The notes beneath the pieces are model-generated. The model was not told the DNA's origin. It ran no database searches and saw only the letters and a list, made by a program, of their open reading frames with translations. Below are positions 14,300 to 23,900 of a DNA stretch of 64,000 bases, piece by piece. The DNA is from a virus. How positions within the stretch are numbered: the first letter of the stretch is position 1; every line of letters begins with the position of its first letter. A program made the position numbers and the translations under genes. The stretch is from the IMG/VR virus record IMGVR_UViG_3300034104_004920, positions 1-64,000 of that record; one strand, 5' to 3'.

Positions 14300-16231
14300 A
14301 TGGATAAAAACAAAGTACTACGAATAAATAGTGCTTTTTCCATTAAAAGTGATGCCTCTAGCGATAGTTCTGTTTATATCGAGGGCTATGCAAGCACAAA
14401 CGATGTGGACAGGCACGGAGACGTTGTCCCTAGTAGTGTGTGGGAAAAAGGCATCCAAAACTACTTGAAGAATCCAGTTGTGTTAGCATACCACGATCAT
14501 GGTCAGCCCATTGGTCGAATGGTAGAACACAAAGCGGACTCTAAAGGGTTATGGATAAAAGCCAGGGTTAGCTCTGCTGCAAAGCAGTTCAGTTTAATCA
14601 AAGACGGCATACTATCCGCTTTTAGCATTGGATTCCGCGTTTTAGACGCTGAGTACAATTCTGCAGCAGAAGTATTTTTAATCAAAGAACTAGAGCTGGT
14701 AGAGATTTCGGTCGTAAGTGTTCCAGCAAATCAAAATAGTCTTTTTGAACTATCTAAGGCGTTTAAAACGCCTGAGGAATTTAAACTTTTTAAGGAGCAG
14801 TTTGCACTTCGTAGCGAATCAGCTAAAGGGCTTGAGTCCAAAGAAGCAAACAGCAATAAATCAAAGGAAATCATTATGAATCCAGAAGAAATCAAGCAAA
14901 TGGTTGCTGAAGCAGCCAAGTCAGCCGCAGAGGCTCTAGTAAAAGAGCAAAAGATTGCTCAAGAAAAAGCAGAAAAAGAAGCCCAAGAAAAGGCTGCTTT
15001 CGAAGCAAAGGTAAAAGAAGCAGTACAAGTACATATCAAGACCGTTGATACCGGTGCTGAAAAGCTATTGAAAGAAGTTCAAGACCGTTTGGAAGCAGAG
15101 CGCGTTGCTAACAAGTCAGCTCTTGAAGGTCTACACGCCTCCATTAAAGAAAAGGCTGCTGAACTAGAAGCCATGCAAAAGTCAAAGATGACCTTTGCCG
15201 ACAAGCAGACCCAAGAATCTGTAAGTTACAGCGAAAAAGAGAATGCAGTTCTTTTGGCCAAGGTCATGGGCAAGAGCATTGACAACACTCGCTACGGCAA
15301 GACAATCATTGAAAAGGCCGGTGCTCACCAGCCAACAAACGCCAATGTTAACTACTGGGAAACAGAAGTTAGCATGAACATGGAAAACGAAGTACGTCGT
15401 CGGCTAGTAATGGCTCCTCTAATGAGAGGCATTGCAATGCAGACAAACGTAATGAAGATTCCTGTAAACCCAGAAGCAGGTGTTGCAACTTGGGTTCAGA
15501 ACAGTGAGTTTGGTACTGCCGCTTCAGCAGGTGCAGCTCAGACTCATCAACTAAAAGAAATCACATTGAGCGCCTACAAGGTTGCAACACGTGAGTACTT
15601 GGCCTACGAAGAAGAAGAAGATTCAATGCTTGTTCTACTTCCAGTAGTTCGTGACGGCATGATCCGCAGAGTTGCTCGTGCAGTTGACAAGGCCATGATC
15701 AACGGTGCTGGTACTGCCAGCGATCCAGTACAAGGCGTTGCAATGTACGATGCCACATCAGCTGTAACAGTTGATTCAAGTGCTGCCGTAACAGTTGCCA
15801 ACATGCGCTCTCTACGCAAGGACTTGGGTGCTTGGGGTCTAGATCCAGCTGAATTGGTTTATGTTGTAAACACCGAAGTTTACTACAACCTATTGGACGA
15901 CACCAACTTCCTAACAGTTGACAAGGTCGGCGATCGTGCCACATTGCTAACTGGTCAGATCGGTGCTATCGGTAACACACCAGTTGTAGTAAGCGGAGAA
16001 TTCCCTGCTATCGCTGAAGGTGCTGCTACTGCATCAACAAACATCGCAGCATTCTGCTTTGCTCCTGCTAACTTCTTGGTTGGTAACCAGCGCGGTCTAC
16101 GTGTTGACACCGACAGCCTAGTAGAGACACAACGCAGAGTATTAGTTGCTTCACTACGTACTGGTCTAGTACAGCTTACAACCAACCTTGGTCCAGCTGT
16201 TTCTACACTACGCTACGTTAACGCAGCCTAA
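14300..16231 (+). CDS. Prohead protease fused in frame to HK97-fold major capsid protein (internal MCP start at 14876)
   Basis: IEGYAST..DRHGD, YHDH, FSIGF and EISVVSVPAN give the protease. A coiled-coil delta domain and T5 pb8-like capsid follow. AAAGGAAATCATTATG gives an internal start. Confidence 0.93.
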   Translation: MDKNKVLRINSAFSIKSDASSDSSVYIEGYASTNDVDRHGDVVPSSVWEKGIQNYLKNPVVLAYHDHGQPIGRMVEHKADSKGLWIKARVSSAAKQFSLIKDGILSAFSIGFRVLDAEYNSAAEVFLIKELELVEISVVSVPANQNSLFELSKAFKTPEEFKLFKEQFALRSESAKGLESKEANSNKSKEIIMNPEEIKQMVAEAAKSAAEALVKEQKIAQEKAEKEAQEKAAFEAKVKEAVQVHIKTVDTGAEKLLKEVQDRLEAERVANKSALEGLHASIKEKAAELEAMQKSKMTFADKQTQESVSYSEKENAVLLAKVMGKSIDNTRYGKTIIEKAGAHQPTNANVNYWETEVSMNMENEVRRRLVMAPLMRGIAMQTNVMKIPVNPEAGVATWVQNSEFGTAASAGAAQTHQLKEITLSAYKVATREYLAYEEEEDSMLVLLPVVRDGMIRRVARAVDKAMINGAGTASDPVQGVAMYDATSAVTVDSSAAVTVANMRSLRKDLGAWGLDPAELVYVVNTEVYYNLLDDTNFLTVDKVGDRATLLTGQIGAIGNTPVVVSGEFPAIAEGAATASTNIAAFCFAPANFLVGNQRGLRVDTDSLVETQRRVLVASLRTGLVQLTTNLGPAVSTLRYVNAA

Positions 16232-16237
16232 TAAAAT

Positions 16238-16263
16238 CGGGGAGGAATTCCTCCCCGTTTTTT
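16238..16263 (+). terminator. Intrinsic terminator after capsid gene
   Basis: CGGGGAGGAATTCCTCCCCG + T6. Confidence 0.85.
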
Positions 16264-16310
16264 CTAAGCAGATAGTGGTCTGTTTAGAAAAAACAAACCA
16301 GGAGTAATAC

Positions 16311-16880
16311 ATGGGACTAAATTTGATTACATTACAAGAATACAAAACATACAGTGGAATCAACAGTCCAAATGAAGACCAACTCATTAACTCCTTGATT
16401 CCAAAAGTATCAGATTTCGTAAAAACATACTGCAACCGCACTTTTATCGACTGGGTGAACGAACCTAAAACTGAGGTATTTAGCGGCGGTGTGGCATACT
16501 TGCCACAAGAGTTTCCAATCAAGAGCGTCTTGAGTTTGGAATACTCACAAGACTACGGCAACAATTATACTGAACTGGTAGAGTATGTCGACTGGGTGTT
16601 GAACAGCACCGGCGACATCATCCTGATTAACGGCACGGGAATATTTGACACCAAACCAAACAGTTATAGGTTAACGTACTTTGCTGGATTGGATGCGGTC
16701 CCAGGCGATTTGAAATTGGCTGTTATGGACTTGTTGACGTACTACAGACGCAATGATAGCGCAATCCACAGCACAAAAGCAGCCGGGTCGAACTCAGTAC
16801 AGATTGAATACATTTCAACCACAAGTCTTCCAGCACACATCAAACGTGTGTTGGACTTGTACGTAAATAACTACAATTAA
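16311..16880 (+). CDS. Head completion / head-tail adaptor (T5 p144-like)
   Basis: LITLQEYK.Y, VKTYCNR, PGDLKLAVMDL, LPAHIKRVLDLY; synteny. Confidence 0.85.
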   Translation: MGLNLITLQEYKTYSGINSPNEDQLINSLIPKVSDFVKTYCNRTFIDWVNEPKTEVFSGGVAYLPQEFPIKSVLSLEYSQDYGNNYTELVEYVDWVLNSTGDIILINGTGIFDTKPNSYRLTYFAGLDAVPGDLKLAVMDLLTYYRRNDSAIHSTKAAGSNSVQIEYISTTSLPAHIKRVLDLYVNNYN

Positions 16881-16882
16881 TC

Positions 16883-18379
16883 ATGAGTGTTCAAGAGTTT
16901 ACTAAAACTCTACAGGACAAAGTATATAAGAGCTGGCTGGAAAAGTTGGATAAGAACATAGTTACCTCTGCTGCAACAGCACTGCGTAGTCGAGAACAAA
17001 CAGCAGCAAAAACAAGTTTTTATATCACTGAAGGCACTGTTAGAGATATTTACAAGACAATAACTGGAAACAATATAGCTTCTGAAGAACTACAGTTGTT
17101 TATGCGTGAATTGGTAAAGCCACTCGGCTCACCAGACAAAGAACTGAATACTCTGGTTGGTGAAAATATAGTTGTAAACGGTCAAAAAGCTGTATTCTTT
17201 AAAAATATCGGTTTTGATACTATTACAACAAAACTAAACTCTTTGCTAAATGATTACCCAGACGTTCAAGAAGCATATAGAGATGCAGAAGAACAATATG
17301 AGAGAGCTGAGCTTAAGGCTCTTCAGTCAAAGCCAGAATACAAAAAACTACCTGTTGCAAGAAAAAGAGCTTTAGAAACTGAAATAAGAAATAAAGCCAA
17401 AGAAAGAGCAACTTTTGGTTATTATTTCAATAAGGGTCACGTAATCAGTATTGCAACCAACTTAACAAAGCAGTTCAGAGACGAAATAAGAAAAGCAGAT
17501 GTACTGGCAAAAAATCAACGTGATGTTTTAATAGAAGTTTTAGACAAGTACATACAAAAGCTGGAGTCAGATGACTTGGCTACTGCCAACTTGCCAAATG
17601 CAGTAAATCAGGAATTGTACGCTTCTTATGTTAAGACCAGCACTAGTTATCTTGTAGAGATTCAGCACAGAGTAGGAAATATACAGTCTGGCAGAGAATC
17701 GATAAAAGTAGTAGAAGAATTGCGCAGTGTATTTGGCTTAACGCAAAAAAATCTAGAAGACGTAGTAAAAAGCTCGCCAGCACTGGGCAATGCCTTATTA
17801 GGAAGTGAAGGATCTCCCAGTCTTTTGCAATTAATTGAGCAAGACATAGTAGGCAGTATTAAAGGTATTCCTACTAAAAACATAGTATATAAACAAGCTC
17901 CTGTTTTAATTGGGCGAAAAAAGAATACGATAAAAAAGCCAAAGTCTAATACTGGAAAGATCCTTAAAGCAAAACAATTAAAAACAAAGCTAAAAAATAC
18001 AAAGTCAAAGTCTGATAGAGATACATTTAAATCAGATCCTATCGTAATAGAAAAATCTCCGATTGATCTGCTAACTCTGATCAACAGCAGACTTCACGAT
18101 CAGTTAAAAGCCAACATGGGCAGTGGCGATCGCCGAGATATTTTGAACTATCAAAGTGGGCGTTTTGCAGAAAGTGTAAAAGTTGAAAGACTGTCAGAAA
18201 GCCGCATGGGCATGATAACTGCGTTTTATACTTACATGAGAAATCCATATGCAACGTTTTCTGCTGGTGGACGTCAGCAGTTTCCGCGATCACGAGACCC
18301 TAAGCTGTTAATAAGTCGTAGTATAAGACAAATCGCATCAGATCTAGTAACCAATCAACTGAGGGCTGTAAATGTCTAA
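16883..18379 (+). CDS. Tail completion protein (T5 p143-like C-terminus) with long N-terminal extension
   Basis: C-terminal LNYQSGRFAESV...RDPKLLISRSIR.IA; synteny. Confidence 0.65.
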   Translation: MSVQEFTKTLQDKVYKSWLEKLDKNIVTSAATALRSREQTAAKTSFYITEGTVRDIYKTITGNNIASEELQLFMRELVKPLGSPDKELNTLVGENIVVNGQKAVFFKNIGFDTITTKLNSLLNDYPDVQEAYRDAEEQYERAELKALQSKPEYKKLPVARKRALETEIRNKAKERATFGYYFNKGHVISIATNLTKQFRDEIRKADVLAKNQRDVLIEVLDKYIQKLESDDLATANLPNAVNQELYASYVKTSTSYLVEIQHRVGNIQSGRESIKVVEELRSVFGLTQKNLEDVVKSSPALGNALLGSEGSPSLLQLIEQDIVGSIKGIPTKNIVYKQAPVLIGRKKNTIKKPKSNTGKILKAKQLKTKLKNTKSKSDRDTFKSDPIVIEKSPIDLLTLINSRLHDQLKANMGSGDRRDILNYQSGRFAESVKVERLSESRMGMITAFYTYMRNPYATFSAGGRQQFPRSRDPKLLISRSIRQIASDLVTNQLRAVNV

Positions 18380-18812
18380 AAGAAGTTCAATAACAAAAGC
18401 CCTGAGTACAAAGATCAATGAATTATTGGTGGGTGATAATAATTACACTACCAACTTGTACAACAACTGTTATCCGTACTTAAAGTTCTGGGATGAAGTA
18501 GACAACTTTCCCTCAGTGTACATAACACCAGGTAGTGAGACTCGCGAGTACTTGCCCAGCAACTTTACTTGGGGATTCTTGAACTTGAGTGTTAAACTGT
18601 ATTGCAAGGGTGAAAATAGTACACAAGACTTGGAAACCCTATTAGAAGACTTTGAAAACGCAATAGATGCAAACAGAGTGTTGACTTACGACGACGTCAA
18701 CAGTCTAGAAACAACAGAAATCCTTGTTGTCAGTATAACAACAGACGAAGGGTTGTTGGCTCCGTATGCAGTAGGAGAAATAAATCTGCAAGTAAGATAC
18801 GAAATTTCATAA
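18372..18812 (+). CDS. Tail terminator (T5 p142-like)
   Basis: FWDEV..FP...G.ETREYLP, ITTDEGLLAPY; precedes tail tube gene. Confidence 0.85.
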   Translation: MSKRSSITKALSTKINELLVGDNNYTTNLYNNCYPYLKFWDEVDNFPSVYITPGSETREYLPSNFTWGFLNLSVKLYCKGENSTQDLETLLEDFENAIDANRVLTYDDVNSLETTEILVVSITTDEGLLAPYAVGEINLQVRYEIS

Positions 18813-18879
18813 ATTACAATCAAGCAATAAGCAGACAAATGTCTAGCAAAGCAAGATTGTTCGTAAAAAAGGAAAAATC

Positions 18880-20025
18880 ATGGCAGTAAATTTAATCCGT
18901 AATGCCAGAGTATTTTTTAGCTCAAACGTAAATGCAACAACTGGCGAACTAGTAGAAAATGCCGCTACTAGTGCCATGACAAACACAAATACTTTTGAAC
19001 TACAAGTACTCGAAGGCATGACATTCAGCCAAGATACTAACGTAGAAACGGTTACTGTTAGCGAATCCGGCGAAACCCCTGCTCGTGGACAGCAGGCTTT
19101 CAACACAGCATTAAACCCCGTAAGTTTCAGTTTTAGTACATACATCAAGCCAGCTGAGTCTAGTACTACACGAACAGCTGAAGAAGCTCCTCTGTGGAAC
19201 GCTTTGACTTCAAGTGACGCAATCGGATCCGCAAATGGTTGGAGTGACGGAACAGATCCTAATCCAGCAACAGTAAACTTTACAGCAAGTGATAAAAATC
19301 AGCTTCAAAAGTTTGCTTTAATCGTTGCAATGGATGACCAGACCTTCATTATTCAAAACTGCGCTTTGAATGAAGCAACAATTGATTTTGGACTAGACGG
19401 TATTGCAACAGTTGCTTGGAGTGGACAAGCTACCTCCATTAAACGAGCTGTTGCACTAACAGTTGGAACACCTGCTGCTGGTTCAGAATCTCTTAGTGGA
19501 GCAGGACTGACTGGATCACACGCAGCAAAGCCAAGAATTACAACAGATTGTTTCTACTTGGCAAACAAGTTGAGCACTGCAAGTATTGTATACGGCACCA
19601 CGCCTGCTACATACAGCTTGGCTATCACTGGCGGTAGTATTACTATTAGTAATAATATTACTTATCTAACACCTGCAAATATCGGTGTGGTAAATAAACC
19701 TATTACGTACTTTACCGGCACAAGAGCTATCAGCGGAAGCTTGAGCGCTTATCTACGTACAGGAGCCAACAGTACAGGTGCTTTATTCGATGCGTTAATA
19801 ACAGCATCAGCAAGTACTGCTCAGCCAATAGGTACTTTGACTATTAATATTGGTGGTTCGAGCTCAACAATCCCAAGAGTTACACTATCGGCAGCACAGG
19901 CAATGTTTAGTATTCCAAACATTAATACAGAACAGGTTGTTGGAACAACAATCAACTTTACCTGTATTGGTACAAACATTGACTCACAAAACGAACTAAC
20001 TCTAAGCTACTACGCAAACGTTTAA
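18880..20025 (+). CDS. Major tail tube protein (T5 pb6-like, no C-terminal Ig domain apparent)
   Basis: LIRNARVF, FSFSTYIKP, NNITYLTP, FTGTRAISGSL.AYL. Confidence 0.9.
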   Translation: MAVNLIRNARVFFSSNVNATTGELVENAATSAMTNTNTFELQVLEGMTFSQDTNVETVTVSESGETPARGQQAFNTALNPVSFSFSTYIKPAESSTTRTAEEAPLWNALTSSDAIGSANGWSDGTDPNPATVNFTASDKNQLQKFALIVAMDDQTFIIQNCALNEATIDFGLDGIATVAWSGQATSIKRAVALTVGTPAAGSESLSGAGLTGSHAAKPRITTDCFYLANKLSTASIVYGTTPATYSLAITGGSITISNNITYLTPANIGVVNKPITYFTGTRAISGSLSAYLRTGANSTGALFDALITASASTAQPIGTLTINIGGSSSTIPRVTLSAAQAMFSIPNINTEQVVGTTINFTCIGTNIDSQNELTLSYYANV

Positions 20026-20030
20026 AAAAT

Positions 20031-20056
20031 AGTGGCCGAGAACCTCGGCCACTTTT
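20031..20056 (+). terminator. Intrinsic terminator
   Basis: AGTGGCCGAG-aac-CTCGGCCACT + TTT. Confidence 0.75.
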
Positions 20057-20074
20057 AGAATAAAAAGGAAACAA

Positions 20075-20473
20075 ATGTCAGTTACAAATATTAAGGCACT
20101 ACTAACTCCTGTTAAAATGGTAGAAGTGGAGTATCCGGGCCTGCCTGGATTTAAGATCAAATTGTGTTATTTGAGCAAAGACACTCTAATCAATATTAGA
20201 AAGAAGTCTACTAAAGTAACATATAAAAATCGTCAAAGCGTAGAAGAAGTAGACGATGAACTGTTCTTGAAGTTATATACTCAAAACACTATCAAGTCTT
20301 GGACTGGACTCACACTTGACTACTTAAGCAAATTGGTTCCAGTAGATTTAGGTGACAACGACCCAAACACAGAAGTAGACTATTCTGAAGAAAATGCCTT
20401 GGACTTAATCAAGAACAGTAGCAATTTTGATAACTTTGTAACTGAACAGGTAAGTGACTTGGGAAACTTCTAA
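20075..20473 (+). CDS. Tail assembly chaperone (G-like)
   Basis: Between tail tube and tape measure; ends in slippery G GGA AAC. Confidence 0.85.
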   Translation: MSVTNIKALLTPVKMVEVEYPGLPGFKIKLCYLSKDTLINIRKKSTKVTYKNRQSVEEVDDELFLKLYTQNTIKSWTGLTLDYLSKLVPVDLGDNDPNTEVDYSEENALDLIKNSSNFDNFVTEQVSDLGNF

Positions 20474-20838
20474 CAGAGCAATTAGAGTCACTAGAAGCAG
20501 CCGTTAGTAGCTATTTCAAAAATTCAGAGTTTCACATGACAAAGGATTCGTACTTTGAAATGTGTGAATTAATGAATACAGAGCCAGTAGAGTCAGATAT
20601 TCCAGTAGATTTTTCCGATTTTCCACAAGAGTTGCAACAGTGTTTTGAAATATACAACATACTTCAAGATAACTGGGATACAATGAATGGAGTTTATTTA
20701 GGAAAAAATTGGACTGGTATAAAAGAAATGCTGGAAATGTATCAAGTAAATAAAGATGAAATGGTTTTTTACTTGGGTCTGATAAATCTAATTGATCGCG
20801 TTAGAAAGCAAACATTAAATAAGAAGCCCACTAACTAG
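20461..20838 (+). CDS. Tail assembly chaperone extension (GT-like) via -1 frameshift
   Basis: Heptamer GGGAAAC at 20461-20467; the -1 frame is open from 20461 through ATG 20536 to 20838. Confidence 0.8.
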   Translation, partial: GKLLTEQLESLEAAVSSYFKNSEFHMTKDSYFEMCELMNTEPVESDIPVDFSDFPQELQQCFEIYNILQDNWDTMNGVYLGKNWTGIKEMLEMYQVNKDEMVFYLGLINLIDRVRKQTLNKKPTN

Positions 20839-20887
20839 TGGGCTTTTTGTTTTTTGGTTTGACAATTTTTATCTTAAATGATATAAT
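20824..20887 (+). promoter_or_regulatory. Terminator followed by promoter for tape measure/tail tip genes
   Basis: AAGCCCACTA/TAGTGGGCTT stem + T tract; TTGACA(20859)-N17-TATAAT(20882). Confidence 0.75.
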
Positions 20888-20945
20888 TGTGACCAAAGCC
20901 TTTTTGGTACCATAAAGTTTAATGGTTTTTTATGTAGGGGCACTT

Positions 20946-23900
20946 ATGGCAAATATAAAGATAGGACTGCTTGTATCTGATGATACAAGCAGCATGAAGA
21001 AAAGAAAAGACGAAGCAGAAAAACTAAATAAAGAGCTTCAAAAAACACAAGCACTGAGTAAGTCCGCTATTCAACCAAAAGAAGTCGTTGGTTATAATCA
21101 GCAGAGGTCAATTGTAGGCACAGGTGCAAGTGCCAGAGATTTCGCCAACCAAGCGCAAGGCATGGGTGGAGTTGTTCGTCTATACGCTACGTTTGCCGCT
21201 AACATATTTGCAGTTACTGCCGCCTATCAAGCATTGAACCGTGCAGCCCAAATGGATCGATTGATTCAGGCCAGTGAAATAATGAGCCAAAGAACTGGCG
21301 TGAATTTAAAAAGACTTGGTCAAAACCTACAAGAAGCAACAGGATACGCCATAAGCTTTGAAGAGTCAATGAGATTTGCTAACGTAGGTATTTCAGCAGG
21401 TATTGCAGCAAAAGACCTAAAAGAACTAGTAACTATTGCAAAAGGTGCCGCCGCAGGATTAGGTCGTGATGTAAACGACAGCATTACCAGAATTATACAG
21501 GGTACTGCAAAGCAAGAACAAGAAATTTTGGACGAATTGGGTATTTTTATTAAAGCAAAAGATGCTTACGAACAATACGCACAAAGATTCCAAATAGAAG
21601 GCGGAGCTGATGCTTTAAGTGCACAACAAAGAGTTGTTGCGTATTCTGATGCCGTTATTAAAGCAGGTCAGCAGTGGAAAGAGTTTGCAAAAATTCCAGA
21701 TCCTTTTGCAGAATTGACAGCAAGAGGACAAGAAGCACTTCAAAAAATATTAAGTAGTGCCAACCAAATTGTAGTACCTGTACTAGAAATACTAGCAAAA
21801 AGCAGTAGTGCAGTTCAGGCATTGATACTGTTGATCGGCGGTACTCTTGTAAAAAGAGCTCTTCCAGAACTGGGAAGTGCTCTTACTCAGATTTTTACCT
21901 ACGAAGGCTCACGCAAAAAAGCAGAAGCTGACAAAGCTCGTGCAGAGATTATAGCAGACTACAACAAGACTACTCAACAGCTAACAGCAGCAAAAACCAT
22001 TCGTGACAAATTAATGGTTGATACCTTTACAGGAATAGGTACTGCACTAGGACCCCAAGCTGGAGTAAGAGCAACAAAAGATCAACCAGGCGTTGCTGGT
22101 ATAAGTGCTCAAAGACTTACTACTGCTATTTTTGGAACTGAAGCCGCACCAAAAGATTTGAGCAAATTAAAGTCAGCCGAAGACGTAAACAACAGAATAC
22201 TAACAACATTAAAGTCTCAGGTAAAAGCCAGTAAAGATCAAGATGATTTTGTACAAAAACTAATACAAAACAAAGTATTGGAAGCAAAGAGTACAAAAGA
22301 CAATCTAATACTTACTCAACAAATTCAACAAGTTGGAAGTACTATTTACACCGACATTGTTTCAAAAAGAATAAAAGCACAAAAAGACTTATTAGATCTT
22401 ACTGCACGTGAGGCCGATCTTTCAAGACAAATTCAAGGCTTTCAAACAGGAATAACTACAACTGTTACAGCTCGTAGAACAGCCGCAGCAGGGGCCGGTG
22501 CAGCAGCAGGCACAGCAGCCACAGCAGCCACAGCCGCAGCCGCTACAGCCGCTTCTGTTAGTTTAAGAGATGCTTTTAGTGCTGGCTTGGGTCAGGCCGG
22601 TGACAGATCAAGAGAACTGGCTTCTCAACTAGATCAAGGCCCAATAAGAACATTTAAAGCTTTTACCAGCGCTATAGGCGACAACTTAAAAGCCATAACA
22701 ACAGCAGGCCAAGGCTTGGGCTTTATGGCTCGTAGCGCAGCAATGGCAGGAGCAGCAGTTGGAGCATTGGGAACAGTTGTTAGTGGCGCGTTTAGACTTA
22801 TTGGAGCCGCTTTCGGCCCAGTAATGATTATTTTTACACTTTGGGAATTGTTTGGAGACAAGATAATTCCAGAAAATATTAAGAAAACAAACGAACTAAA
22901 CACAAAAATAAAAGAACTAACAGACAGCTTAACTAACTCCAATAAAGCATTGACAAATGCAGCTATTGCATATGAAAACTCAACAAAAGGTCCAGAAAGT
23001 TATCTTGCTTACGTACAGACAACTAATACTGCATTGAGAACTCAAATTGCTTCAATACAAGAAATAGTAGAACTAGAAAAAGAAAAAGCAAGAATAGCAA
23101 GAGGAGAAAAACCAGAAACCGAGGCAGAAAGACAAAAGAGGCTGTTGGGCACTAGAGTAGGTATTGGAGCAGAGGATAGGGCAGCCTTGCAGAAACAGTT
23201 AGATGCAATAATCAAAATGCAAGAACCCCCAAGAGGAACACAAGTACTATCCGCAGAAGCAAGAAAACAAATATTAGAAAAATATGATGCTGAAATAAGA
23301 GTTCTTGCAAGCAGGTTAAATGCACAGGCAACTTTAGATAGAGCTGCAAATGAAGAAGATATACAAGCTGCTAGACGAGTACTTGAAGCAATAAACAAAG
23401 GCCAAATTAACCAAGTAGGATCTGTACCTAGACAGCTTTATGAAACAGCACGTACAACATTGGGTGGTGATGTTGAACTTGCCAGACGAATTGCAAAAGC
23501 AGAGGCTGATGCTTACAATGCAATGGCCAATGCTCAACCAGGACAAAATGACGAAGCTAGAGCAAAAGCATGGGACAACTATAGTGCAGCATTGCAAAAA
23601 GCATTGGCAAAAGGGCAACAACTAGAAGCTTCTGTTTCTGGAATGTCAAGCAAAATGAAAGACGCCGCCACAGCAGGCAGAGACCTTGCTGCAGAAATGA
23701 GAAAGATTCCGGAATTGTCTGGTGTTGGAAAAACGCCAGAAGCCATGAAATTAGAAGGTGCATTTAAAGAACTCTACAAACCATTAATAGCACCAGAACA
23801 ACAAAAAGCTACAGTAGAAGGCATAAAAGAAGTATTGGACGCTTATGGACAGTTTGATAGCAGTGCCAGGTCTTTACGTGATAGTATTAGTAGAACGACA

